A stretch of DNA of 64,000 nucleotides, taken from the IMG/VR virus record IMGVR_UViG_3300028400_000006, positions 1,269 through 65,268 of that record. One strand, written 5' to 3'. Shown here piece by piece: positions 25,339-35,009 of this stretch. A program made the position numbers and the translations under genes. The notes beneath the pieces were generated by a model, which saw only the letters and a program-made list of their open reading frames with translations, ran no database searches and had not been told where the DNA came from. Within the stretch, counting starts at the first letter, position 1, and every line of letters starts with the position of its first letter. This stretch comes from a virus (Duplodnaviria; Caudoviricetes).

Positions 25339-28300
25339 TAGTCGACCTCGATACCATACTTGCCAAGAATGCGCAGAAGATCGTGCAGGCGCTTGGTCTT
25401 AAGCTTGTTATATTTGCGCCACGATTCCGTCGCTCGTTCGTAGTCACCCTTTGTCCGATAATCTAGTACCTGCGCCCGTAGTGCATTCAGCTCGGTGCTG
25501 TAGTTGCGCCACAGGCTGCGCACGGACCGGTAATAGGGATAGCGTTCGTAGAACTGTTTCAGCAGTTGACGTTTCTTCGTCTCGTCAGAAGACTGGCGAA
25601 GGATGGTGTTGTAGGCTTCATCCGCCGGACGCAGGTAGTTAGCGCGCACATACGCCTCCAGACGCTGCGGGTAATAACGTCGGTCATAGGCGACGCGCGG
25701 TAGCGGCGTCAGCTGCGAATTGATGATTTCCTCGATCGGGCTGCGCTCCGGGCGGGAGGTCATACCAACGAACAGGCGAGGCAGATGCGCAATAACAGGC
25801 CCCAGGATGGGGATGCTGTCCCGCACGAACACTTCGACCTGCTCCGGGGTCAGATCGACCTTCATCCACTCCGGCGTGCCTTCGTAGATCATCTCCGCCG
25901 CTTTGCGCCATCCGATGGGCGTGCCGATATAGCCCTGCACATAGCCGGCAGCTTCGGGAGTATGCTTGCCAAGGTGCCCGCCGAGCTTTTCTCGACCTAC
26001 CATAAGTTCAACCACGCCACTTAGAGCCGTAGGTGCGTAATCCGCTGCTAGTTGAGCTACCCAGTCACCGGGCGTGGAACGACCGGCAGACACTGCCCCC
26101 TCCGGCGCAGCAAATTGCCCAAGCGGAACAAAGTTGGTCAGGAACATCTCCGAGTAGGCGAACGCGATGTCGCGTGGGTTCGCCAGCCCCAGCGCTTTTA
26201 ACGCCAGCGCCGCGCCCAGCCCATCGAACAGCTGATGCAGGCCGTACTGCTTCGGTAGTTTGAGGGGCGCATCCTTGCCGAACGGCAGGATGTCATACAT
26301 CATCCAGGTGGAAGGCGTAATCTTCGCCGCTACCGGCACGCCATCATCGTCGACGCCCAGCAGCGCAGCGGTGCCAATGACGTTGGCGGCGCCCATCGCT
26401 ACGAACCACGCCGCCGCCTTCCAGTTGAGTTCGCGCATCAGCGTCTGTGGGCGTAGATCGAATTTGGCCCGGTAGTTATCGCCTTCCTTCACAAACACCA
26501 CCGGCGGCGCACCTTTCTTCCACATATGGTTTGTGAAAATCGTGGTGATGCCAGTAAGGCCGGACTGGGTAAAGGCCCACATGCTATTTAGCGCCTTACC
26601 AACCTCGGAGCGCTTGTTGAAATCCATGATGTCGCGCGCATATAACGCAGCTTCGGGTGGTGTGGCGCCGGTTTCACGCAAGATGTCGTAGACGACCTGG
26701 CGGTGCATGTTGTCGATCACCGCCAGCGCGGCCTCGACGTTCTCCAGCCTTTGGTCGGCCCAGCGTAACCCTTCGCGCCCCAGTTTCTGGCGGATATATT
26801 GCCGAATACGCCGCCCGATGGGGCCAGTTTCTAGGCTCAATCGACCAGCATCCTCACCTACTTGAGCTTGGAATGTGATAAGGCCACCGTTGCGCCAGCG
26901 CTCCACCAGTCGATCCATGCCTGGCTGCTTCAGGAACTCCGGATCGTTGGCCAGTCGTTCACGCTCAGCAGCATCGGCCCGCATGAAACGGAACATGTTG
27001 TTGGCGTAGCCAGCGGATTGCAGCTGAGCGGTGCGCGCAAGGATTTCCTTCTGCACTTTGAAGGGACTAACACCGCGTTGTGTAGCCACGAGGATCGGCG
27101 TCTGAATAAAATCGCGCCAAAAGGCCGTTAGCCAGTAGCTGGGGTTGAACGTAGTCAGGCCACGCGCGTGCAAGCGCGTCCAATCCCCGATGTTCTTCGC
27201 CAGTTTCGTTTGGTTGTAGTTAGTGGCGAAAGCGCGCAGCAAGTCCTTCTGGCGCGTAGCCGGATCCCACACCAGCTCTTCACCAAGCTGGTTACGCATC
27301 ATCGCCGCCATCTCCTTGTCGTAGACGACGAGCGCTTCCCATTTGCCGGTTTCGGGATTGAAGACGTTGAACTTGTTGGGGCTGCGAACGGACATACCTT
27401 CGGGGATCTTCCATCCCGCACGTGTCGTTTCGTCGCCAGTGTAGTATTCAACTTTGCCCAGCTCCTGAATAGCGCCAAATTGCACATCCAGGCCCTTTTC
27501 CTTGGATGTGCGCACGAAGTCCCGGAATGCCTGTACGGCACGATGCATGGCGGCGCTATAAGCGGCGTCCCGCGCCTCCTTCTCGAAGTTAGCCCACACA
27601 TCAATGTTGAGGCTCTTCCGACCCTTAGCCGCATCTCGCGTGAGGTTGGCCGGATTGAACACGCGCCGGATGGCGTCCTCACGTTCTGTAGCGTCGTAGT
27701 CGGCCTTGGCCTCCTTGGTGTCAAACAGCGGGACGTAGTGCTTCCAACCGTACATCCTCACGATATTTCCGGCCGGCCCGGCGTATACGCCTGCCTCCTC
27801 ACGCCATCGCAGAATTAGATCGGAGAGACTATTATGCAGCTCTAACAGAGGCTGCATGTGTTCCTCCAGCCCCTGCCCCCGGATGGCATCGATGATGGAC
27901 TGGGCTTCGACGTTGGTCATACCGGCATAAACAGCAGTATCTAGCAGCTCCTCAGGGTTACCATTCTTCGCCACCTCGATAAGGCGCGCCATCGTCGCTT
28001 CCGGAGCAGCGGCACCTGACATAACGGCTTCGTGGAGCGCCTGACGTTCCGCCCGCGCCTCCTTGTTTTGCAAGCGCACACGTGTCGCCCACATGGTAGT
28101 GTTGCGTTCGATGGCGTGCAGAGCAAGGCGGTACTGATTGTACTTCGTACGCAATTCGTCAACGGTGATGTCGAGCTCTTTTGCTTTCTGCTCCAGCATC
28201 AGGTCGAGCCGCCACTGGATGTCCGCCTGCAGGTTGCGATACTCTGTCGCCACTGACGTCATTGACCGCATGGCATTGATGAACTTTAGACCCGTGTCCC

Positions 28301-31300
28301 GCACGTCCTTGTCGACGCCATCCCGCATGATGAAGCCACGGATGAAGTCGAGCTTCACCGCATCGTCGGCGTTCTGCAAAGTGCGCCGCACCAGCCTGGA
28401 CAGCACAATCTGTGGCGGCGGTCCGGCTTCGCTGGGTTCTTCAGGTATAGGCGTTTCTTTATCCGCAGGCGGCTCAGGTGGCGGAGGCGGCGCTGTATTC
28501 TCGTGGCTCTTCTTCAGTGCCAACCTGGCCTCATGACGCGCCTTCTCCGGCGCCAGCGCCGCCTGCGTCTCTTCTTTGGCAGTATTACCAGTTTCCGTTT
28601 TTTCAACAGACGGTGTTTCACCGCTAGGCATGGGAGTGCCGGGCGGCGTCGCTGCGACGCGAGCGGCGTCAGTCTTGGGAATGAGGCCGGCTTCTACAAG
28701 AACACGCCACAGATGCGCGTTCGATACAAATGTCGGTAGGGGTTGCCCACGTTTGCGCGTCACCTTTTCCAGCTCTTGCCGGATGGCGTTCATCGCTGCC
28801 GGATCGCCCCGCAAGAGTTTTTCCTGAAATTGCTCAATGATAGCACGAGCTGTAGGACTAGTGGTACTTTTAAGGTTTTTTGGTAATGGTGCGCCACCAC
28901 CAAGCTCGGCATAGCCTTTCTTGTTTTTACGCGGAACTTTATATGTGATGCCGTAATCTACCGCTCGCGCCGCCGCCTTGAACAGAAAGTCTCTGTCTCT
29001 ATGCTCCAACAGCTGTTTGTAAACCAGATGCTGCGCAAACAAACGCCGCACAGAACGCGGGTCTTTGATTGCACCGGCGTTAACGACGATAAACTCATCC
29101 TTGCCACCATTCACCTTGAACGTGGCGATTGGCACTTCAGCCCCCATCCCGGGCATATCAGCGGCGGAGCGTACTACGTAAATACGCCCTTCCGTCGGCA
29201 GGCGATCCTTAATGGCGGCAACTCGTTCAGGCGGCGCCGGCGCAAACGATGCGCGTAGTTCTTCGGCCAATAGGTGGGGGTCAACCTGGCCATAGGTTTC
29301 CCGAATATCTTCCGGGATGGCCCGAGCACCAAAAGTTTTACGGGCGCTAGCAATGGCCAACTCCACGGGTTCGCCGGATTGAACCAGCATGTTGACATAT
29401 GCACGGATATTATCCGCCTGCGCCAAGCGCCCTTCAGGCGTTGCGATGTCTGTTTGTGGGCGTAGCGGCGCCGGCTGCGCATCTGCCTCTGGCGGCGCCA
29501 TGTCCTTACCTTCCAGCTGCGCTTCCGCCGCCTGCTCCGCCTGCGCTGCGGCGTCGACGCCCTGAGCATCTTCGATGACATCTTGCGGGATATCCAGCAC
29601 ATCGGCTTCGGCGAATCCGGCGCGGCGCACCTTGCTTAGAATGGCATTGGGCGGTGTCTCGGTTTGCCGCTCCACCTCGGTGAGCAGCGCCTGCACGGCG
29701 GGATTCGTGGTGTCGAGCTTGGTGTCATCGAGGTAAAGCTCGTCCCCCTTGCGAATGAGCTCGCGCCCGGCGATGTCCGCCAGCTGCTCGCCATCTTCCG
29801 TCATGGCGGCGGCGTAACTGACTTCATCACCAGTCTTGACCGCCGCCAGCGCCTCCTCCAGAGGCGACGGGATGTTTACGCCGGCCCGCCGCGCAGCGAC
29901 CTTGACCATCTCCAGCCCTGCAGCCTTAGACTCCGCAACGGCGGTCTGCACGTCCGGATCATGCATTACGTCGTCTTCGACGGCCTTGGCCAGCACGTCT
30001 TCCGCCGGACCAGACGGGGGCGGTTTGGGCGCCGCTTGGGCGCCACTCTGTCCTTCCGTGCCGGTGCCGCCCTGCGTCTGTTGGGGCGCGATCGACGTCA
30101 GCGCTCCACCGAAGAGCGCACCTAGGGCGAACCCCTGCGCCGCCTGCCCGCCAAGCTCGCGAGGGTCGGGCGTCAGCCCTGCCTGCTGCTCCTGATAATG
30201 CCGCGCGCCGACGAGCCCGACGTTCTCTACCGCTTCTGACACGCCCTCTCGCAGAGCGCCGCCGGCGGCGCTTGCTACGCGCCCACCCTTGCGTGCAATA
30301 TCTCCCATCGCCTCCCTGGCGACGGCGCCACCCAACTGTTTGGGCAACATGGTGAACATACGCTCGGAGATCCCACCCAGAAAATAGATGGATGCCGCTG
30401 ACGCCGCACCGCCGTATATCGCCGCGCGAGCAGCGGCCACATCGGCCATCGCTTGCTGCACCTCCTTGTCTGTCGGTGCTCGTCTAAGCGTGGCCGTCAA
30501 CTTGTCCACCATGGCATGCCAGGTGGGCGAACCTTTCAGCACGCGCGGATCGGCGTTAAGGATGTCGGCGGCGGTCTGTTGCCCCTCCTGATGCCCCTGC
30601 GCGGCGCCGGCACCGATCGCAAGCGTTGCCCCCGTGGCGCGCCGGCCCTTAAGCACGCGCCCCATACGCAGCGCCCACCCCGCTGATTTGGTAGCCAGGT
30701 AGCGCGCCGCCAATGCGCGAGCGCCGCCGGCGACGCCGCCGGAACCCAGCACGTAGCCACCCATTTGCGATGCAATGTATGCGTAGGTAGACGGGCTAAG
30801 CGCTGTTAAGGCATCAGTAATGCGGCCCTCATTGAATGCCTGCTGCATGGCTTGCAGTTCGCGTTTCACTTCGTCCGGAATGCTGGCGGTTTGGATTTTT
30901 TGTCCAAATTCAGCGATGTCTCTCGCCGCCTTGACGAGAGCCGCGTTACGCCATGAAGGGTCGCCAGTGGCGTAAGCAAGGATATCCCCGCTGGAAGCAA
31001 CAAGGTCCCCTGCACCCTCCACCACGGAGCCAAGCGCCGTACCAGCCAGACCAAGCCACCAGCGCAAAGAGCTGGACGGTTTGGTCGATTCACCATTGAG
31101 CTTTTCGTTGATAAAACCAGATGGATGCCTGACCGGAAATTCGTTATCCTGCGACGCTGGCCCCGCTACCGCATCAAATTGGTCTTTCATATACTGACGC
31201 AGCGTTTTTAGCGCCGCATCGCGTTGTTTCGCCGGAAGCGCTCTAAACGACGGATGCGCCGCCAGCTTTGACAGTTGCTCGTTGACGAAGGATTTGCCAA

Positions 31301-32234
31301 GCGACTTAAGGAATGATCTGCGTTCCTGCGGGCTATAGGTTATCCAGTATTCCCGCGTTGTCTTTGGTAGGGCTTCCCGGATCCAGTGCGTAACCTCATC
31401 CGGGCGGATCGCCACCCCAGCTTGACGAACGAGCTGATTAAGTGTCCCCTCTGGGTCATAAAGGCTAGTGGTGCCTAACGCCTTCGCCGAATTGATGCCG
31501 ATAAGCGGCACCAGCTGCGCCTTCAGCCGCTCTTCTTCAAACTTCAGCGCCAGCTGAATGGTTTGGTCGCGCCGTTTGGCGGTCATACCCTCGCCCAGGC
31601 CCACTTTGAGCAGCTCCAATACACGCTTACGCGCCGCTGTTTTAACCCAAGCGTCGATAATTTCGCGGCGCGCACGAGCGTCCCCTTCAAGCCATCCTTG
31701 GCGAGCAAGGGGGTTTTCTTCGAGGTGAGTCAAAAATTGTTTATGGGCCGGCTCTGTCGCCAACTGCTTATACACCTCTAGCGGCGACGCTGTGGTTTCT
31801 TGTCCTTCCGTAGTGGATGGAAGCGCCCCCTGCGGCCCTTGAACTATTTTAGGTGGAGGTAAAGGCTCCGCACCGGCAGATAGTTTATCCGCCGGAGATT
31901 TATCGCCTTTTGTGTCGCGCACTGGCATGGGTTCGGCCGGCGCTTGGTCGGCCGTACGACCAACATCTTGAGGGCTGATGGCGCTAACCGTAGCAAGTTT
32001 TTCTGCTGTTTCATTTATATCAGTCGGTTGTACAACTGACTGTGTGGTAGGAAAATTTGTTTTAGGTATAACAAGATCGGCCTGCACCAAACGCGCCGGC
32101 ATTTCGGGTACATTCTGTGCACCCAAAAGCTCATCTGTTTGACGAAGCAACGCATTTACATCAGACCGCTGCGACGGCTTTTTTGGTGACTGCTGCGTAG
32201 CCCCAAACAGATTATCCTGTGGATCGACGGCCAT
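25335..32234 (-). CDS. Giant internal virion/ejection protein (2299 aa), polyvalent-protein-like
   Basis: Last gene of the morphogenesis operon; Ala/Gly-rich membrane-like segment; C-terminal DFNKRSE..KALNSMWAF and LPKQYG resemble LPD38-associated regions. Confidence 0.75.
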   Translation of the reverse strand: MAVDPQDNLFGATQQSPKKPSQRSDVNALLRQTDELLGAQNVPEMPARLVQADLVIPKTNFPTTQSVVQPTDINETAEKLATVSAISPQDVGRTADQAPAEPMPVRDTKGDKSPADKLSAGAEPLPPPKIVQGPQGALPSTTEGQETTASPLEVYKQLATEPAHKQFLTHLEENPLARQGWLEGDARARREIIDAWVKTAARKRVLELLKVGLGEGMTAKRRDQTIQLALKFEEERLKAQLVPLIGINSAKALGTTSLYDPEGTLNQLVRQAGVAIRPDEVTHWIREALPKTTREYWITYSPQERRSFLKSLGKSFVNEQLSKLAAHPSFRALPAKQRDAALKTLRQYMKDQFDAVAGPASQDNEFPVRHPSGFINEKLNGESTKPSSSLRWWLGLAGTALGSVVEGAGDLVASSGDILAYATGDPSWRNAALVKAARDIAEFGQKIQTASIPDEVKRELQAMQQAFNEGRITDALTALSPSTYAYIASQMGGYVLGSGGVAGGARALAARYLATKSAGWALRMGRVLKGRRATGATLAIGAGAAQGHQEGQQTAADILNADPRVLKGSPTWHAMVDKLTATLRRAPTDKEVQQAMADVAAARAAIYGGAASAASIYFLGGISERMFTMLPKQLGGAVAREAMGDIARKGGRVASAAGGALREGVSEAVENVGLVGARHYQEQQAGLTPDPRELGGQAAQGFALGALFGGALTSIAPQQTQGGTGTEGQSGAQAAPKPPPSGPAEDVLAKAVEDDVMHDPDVQTAVAESKAAGLEMVKVAARRAGVNIPSPLEEALAAVKTGDEVSYAAAMTEDGEQLADIAGRELIRKGDELYLDDTKLDTTNPAVQALLTEVERQTETPPNAILSKVRRAGFAEADVLDIPQDVIEDAQGVDAAAQAEQAAEAQLEGKDMAPPEADAQPAPLRPQTDIATPEGRLAQADNIRAYVNMLVQSGEPVELAIASARKTFGARAIPEDIRETYGQVDPHLLAEELRASFAPAPPERVAAIKDRLPTEGRIYVVRSAADMPGMGAEVPIATFKVNGGKDEFIVVNAGAIKDPRSVRRLFAQHLVYKQLLEHRDRDFLFKAAARAVDYGITYKVPRKNKKGYAELGGGAPLPKNLKSTTSPTARAIIEQFQEKLLRGDPAAMNAIRQELEKVTRKRGQPLPTFVSNAHLWRVLVEAGLIPKTDAARVAATPPGTPMPSGETPSVEKTETGNTAKEETQAALAPEKARHEARLALKKSHENTAPPPPPEPPADKETPIPEEPSEAGPPPQIVLSRLVRRTLQNADDAVKLDFIRGFIMRDGVDKDVRDTGLKFINAMRSMTSVATEYRNLQADIQWRLDLMLEQKAKELDITVDELRTKYNQYRLALHAIERNTTMWATRVRLQNKEARAERQALHEAVMSGAAAPEATMARLIEVAKNGNPEELLDTAVYAGMTNVEAQSIIDAIRGQGLEEHMQPLLELHNSLSDLILRWREEAGVYAGPAGNIVRMYGWKHYVPLFDTKEAKADYDATEREDAIRRVFNPANLTRDAAKGRKSLNIDVWANFEKEARDAAYSAAMHRAVQAFRDFVRTSKEKGLDVQFGAIQELGKVEYYTGDETTRAGWKIPEGMSVRSPNKFNVFNPETGKWEALVVYDKEMAAMMRNQLGEELVWDPATRQKDLLRAFATNYNQTKLAKNIGDWTRLHARGLTTFNPSYWLTAFWRDFIQTPILVATQRGVSPFKVQKEILARTAQLQSAGYANNMFRFMRADAAERERLANDPEFLKQPGMDRLVERWRNGGLITFQAQVGEDAGRLSLETGPIGRRIRQYIRQKLGREGLRWADQRLENVEAALAVIDNMHRQVVYDILRETGATPPEAALYARDIMDFNKRSEVGKALNSMWAFTQSGLTGITTIFTNHMWKKGAPPVVFVKEGDNYRAKFDLRPQTLMRELNWKAAAWFVAMGAANVIGTAALLGVDDDGVPVAAKITPSTWMMYDILPFGKDAPLKLPKQYGLHQLFDGLGAALALKALGLANPRDIAFAYSEMFLTNFVPLGQFAAPEGAVSAGRSTPGDWVAQLAADYAPTALSGVVELMVGREKLGGHLGKHTPEAAGYVQGYIGTPIGWRKAAEMIYEGTPEWMKVDLTPEQVEVFVRDSIPILGPVIAHLPRLFVGMTSRPERSPIEEIINSQLTPLPRVAYDRRYYPQRLEAYVRANYLRPADEAYNTILRQSSDETKKRQLLKQFYERYPYYRSVRSLWRNYSTELNALRAQVLDYRTKGDYERATESWRKYNKLKTKRLHDLLRILGKYGIEVDY

Positions 32235-32623
32235 CAGATTTTCCTTACAGCTTGCTGCACAGCCGACCGTAGCTCTTCGCTGTTAGGGTCGAATACGGGC
32301 TCACTGTAGCCAAATTTGGATAGCGTATCAATCGACGGGCCTAGCGTTTTACGTAGCGGATCAGACGCCCGCTCTAGCTGCTTGCGCAGCATATACTGAG
32401 CCATTATGGCAGCGCCGAGTTCACGACCATTGATTTGCGGCGGCATCGGCTCCAAGGCCGGCGAAGGTGTGGTTGGACTTAAATATTCTCCACTCTCAGT
32501 CGCCCCAAAAGCGCCGACCCATTCATCCCCAGTCGTAGCCACACTCCGAGGGTTGGCATCCTCAAACGGGTCTTCCTCGACATCCGACGCCGGCACGGGG
32601 GGGATAATAGCATTACCTGGCAT
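32234..32623 (-). CDS. Small putative virion protein
   Basis: GGGAGG RBS before ATG 32623. Confidence 0.6.
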   Translation of the reverse strand: MPGNAIIPPVPASDVEEDPFEDANPRSVATTGDEWVGAFGATESGEYLSPTTPSPALEPMPPQINGRELGAAIMAQYMLRKQLERASDPLRKTLGPSIDTLSKFGYSEPVFDPNSEELRSAVQQAVRKI

Positions 32624-33890
32624 TGCTAGCCTCCCGCAGCTGCATATCAACACGTGCAAGTGCGTTGGCGAGTTCTGTTTGTGCCTGAATACTCAGAGAT
32701 GGGTCTTGAAGTTTTTTAACCAACTCCGCTCGCAGGGCCAATAGCCGATCCATCGGCACCTGAAGTTTACCAGGTGCCGAAGGTGTGGCCGGTTGCGCCA
32801 GCTTCGTGGGGATACGGTCATGGATATATTTCCTCGACCCAGGCGGTTTAGTAAGCGGCGCTTGCCCGAACCGCTCTGGTCCAGGCGGCGGAAGAGGCTC
32901 CGGCAAATTCGTCGCGGGTGCAGCTGGCGGGATACGGTCGTAAATATACTTTGATGCCGCAGGCGCTCTTTGTTCCTGTAGATTGGCAGCCAACGGATTA
33001 GGGACAGGTGTCGTGGGTGGCGCGGCTTGCATTTGTTGAGCTGCGCGCTGAGACAGGGTAAACCCGCCAATAGCTGTTTGTGACGGCGCCGGCTGCGCAT
33101 TCCCAGTAAGCGGCGCTTGCGCCGTCTGTGGTGCTACCGGTGGAGGCGGCGCCGCAGGTGATGCAATGATGCGGTCCTGACGCTTGGGGATAGGTAAAGC
33201 GGCCGGGGCTTCTGAAACGCGCTTCTGTTCTCCTTGCGCCGAAGGCACAGGTGGGGCCGGCAGGGATGATTGAGGTTTTATTCCCACCCCCGGTATGGAT
33301 TGCTGCTGTTTTTGCTGTTCGAGCCGCTCCAATGCCTTTAGGAGGTTTTCCATTGCGGACGGCTGGTTAAGCTCTTTTTCTTTCAAATCCAGCAGCTTGG
33401 TTTTGTATCTTTGGTTAAACTCTTCCGATTGTTTTCGAAGGCGCAAAGTTTCATTTCGGTACGCATTAAGCGCATCGAGGGCGGCTTTTCTATAGGCTTC
33501 CGCTGCAGCCTGTGAGCTTTTTCTCTGGTCGAGAACAGCCTTACGATAATTATTCAGTGCTTCCAGAGCAAGTTTTCTATATTCTTCCACCGATTCTTGT
33601 GCGCTTTTTCTCAATGCGAGGTTTGCTTCTCTGTATTTATCCAGAGATTCTTGCTCACTTTTTCGCAAATCTAGGGTTTCTTGTCGGTATTTGTCGAGAG
33701 ACTCTAGTGCGTCATACTTATATCCAAGCTCAGCGTACCCAAGATCCACCCGCCGCTCATTAAGATACGTTTCATACATACGCCGCAGCAGCTCCTGCTG
33801 CGCACGCATATCTGCCCATGCGGCACGTTGCCCTTCCAGAAACGACCCAAACGGGTCAGCAAAAATACGAGCTGTCGCATAATACGCCAT
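32613..33890 (-). CDS. Putative internal virion protein (coiled-coil repeats plus Pro-rich region)
   Basis: ESLDKYR-type repeats; start coupled to the upstream stop. Confidence 0.7.
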   Translation of the reverse strand: MAYYATARIFADPFGSFLEGQRAAWADMRAQQELLRRMYETYLNERRVDLGYAELGYKYDALESLDKYRQETLDLRKSEQESLDKYREANLALRKSAQESVEEYRKLALEALNNYRKAVLDQRKSSQAAAEAYRKAALDALNAYRNETLRLRKQSEEFNQRYKTKLLDLKEKELNQPSAMENLLKALERLEQQKQQQSIPGVGIKPQSSLPAPPVPSAQGEQKRVSEAPAALPIPKRQDRIIASPAAPPPPVAPQTAQAPLTGNAQPAPSQTAIGGFTLSQRAAQQMQAAPPTTPVPNPLAANLQEQRAPAASKYIYDRIPPAAPATNLPEPLPPPGPERFGQAPLTKPPGSRKYIHDRIPTKLAQPATPSAPGKLQVPMDRLLALRAELVKKLQDPSLSIQAQTELANALARVDMQLREASNAR

Positions 33891-34996
33891 CACGCGCCTC
33901 CGCTGTAACCCGGCGCACCAACCCAATTACCATAGGCTGGAGCGCTACCCGAAGTCATGTATACCGGAGATGGCAGGCCGCCAGCAAGGCCACCCGCCGA
34001 CATAAAGCTACCACCATGGTTGTCACCAAGCATGAAACCCGTGCTATAGCTGCCGCCACCCACAGCCATACCGTTACCCGCGCCGAAATTCACACTGCCT
34101 GGCCCGTAAAGACCATAGCTGCCACCGCCGTAGGGCGCCGGCGCCCACGGCATCTGCGACAGACCATAAGCATATCCGGCCATCCTGAACGCACCGTTGG
34201 CGATGGAACCCCAGAAGTTGCCGAGGTTGGCGTAAGCGGCGGCAAGTGGCCCTTCCGCCTCGATAAGATTGCTATAGGCGTTGCCCACAGCGTTAAGCCC
34301 CTGTACGGCGCCAATAACACCACGATTGAGGCCAGAGACGGCACGGTTGCCGATATTGGTTTCAAACTCGGCGCCACCCAGTTTGCGGTTCCAGAACCAC
34401 CTATCGAGACGCTCCTTCTTCGCCTCTTCGTAACGGAAGGCGTGGTTTACGGCGTCAATGGCCGCCAGCGCCCGCATGGACGCAAACCACGTCGCATTAT
34501 GACAAGGACGCCCGGCGTTGTACTTGCCACGTGCGCGGTTGGCGGTGCGTACGGCACGGTCGAACTGTGCGTAGACCTTGCTCAGGACGCGCGTTTCCTG
34601 CGTGTTGTACTCCGGCGTGTACTCGTCGTACTTGAAGGCGTCCTGCATGAAGCGCTCTTCGTAGCCGGCGAACTTGGAGATGTACCGGTCGAAGAGGTCG
34701 CGCACGCGGTTAAACGCCGGCACGGTGATCTCGTTGTAGTGCCGCTTGGCAAGGGTGAGGTAGTCTTCCTGCTGACGGAGAATCTCCTTGGCAATCTTAA
34801 GCTGCTCCTTGAAAAGTTCATATTGGCGCACTAATGCGTATATTCCAACGAAAGTTCCGAGTATCATCTGCCATGCGTTGCGCGCTTGGAGATACTGCAA
34901 GTACTGCTGCTGGGTTTGCGCCCAGCGCTCAGCCTGCTCCTTGGCGGCCTTGTACATGCAGTATTCGGCGGCTTTTTTAGAACCTGAACAGCCCAC
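33890..34996 (-). CDS. Putative internal virion/pilot protein with Gly-rich C-terminus
   Basis: Helical body, hydrophobic segment, Gly-rich tail; position typical of ejection proteins. Confidence 0.65.
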   Translation of the reverse strand: MGCSGSKKAAEYCMYKAAKEQAERWAQTQQQYLQYLQARNAWQMILGTFVGIYALVRQYELFKEQLKIAKEILRQQEDYLTLAKRHYNEITVPAFNRVRDLFDRYISKFAGYEERFMQDAFKYDEYTPEYNTQETRVLSKVYAQFDRAVRTANRARGKYNAGRPCHNATWFASMRALAAIDAVNHAFRYEEAKKERLDRWFWNRKLGGAEFETNIGNRAVSGLNRGVIGAVQGLNAVGNAYSNLIEAEGPLAAAYANLGNFWGSIANGAFRMAGYAYGLSQMPWAPAPYGGGSYGLYGPGSVNFGAGNGMAVGGGSYSTGFMLGDNHGGSFMSAGGLAGGLPSPVYMTSGSAPAYGNWVGAPGYSGGA

Positions 34997-35009
34997 GGAG
35001 GACCTCTAC

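Noticed and set aside
34788-35009. N-terminal extension of the nuclease ORF as given in the ORF track
   Set aside because: Overlaps the minus-strand virion gene; a GGAGG RBS supports ATG 35010
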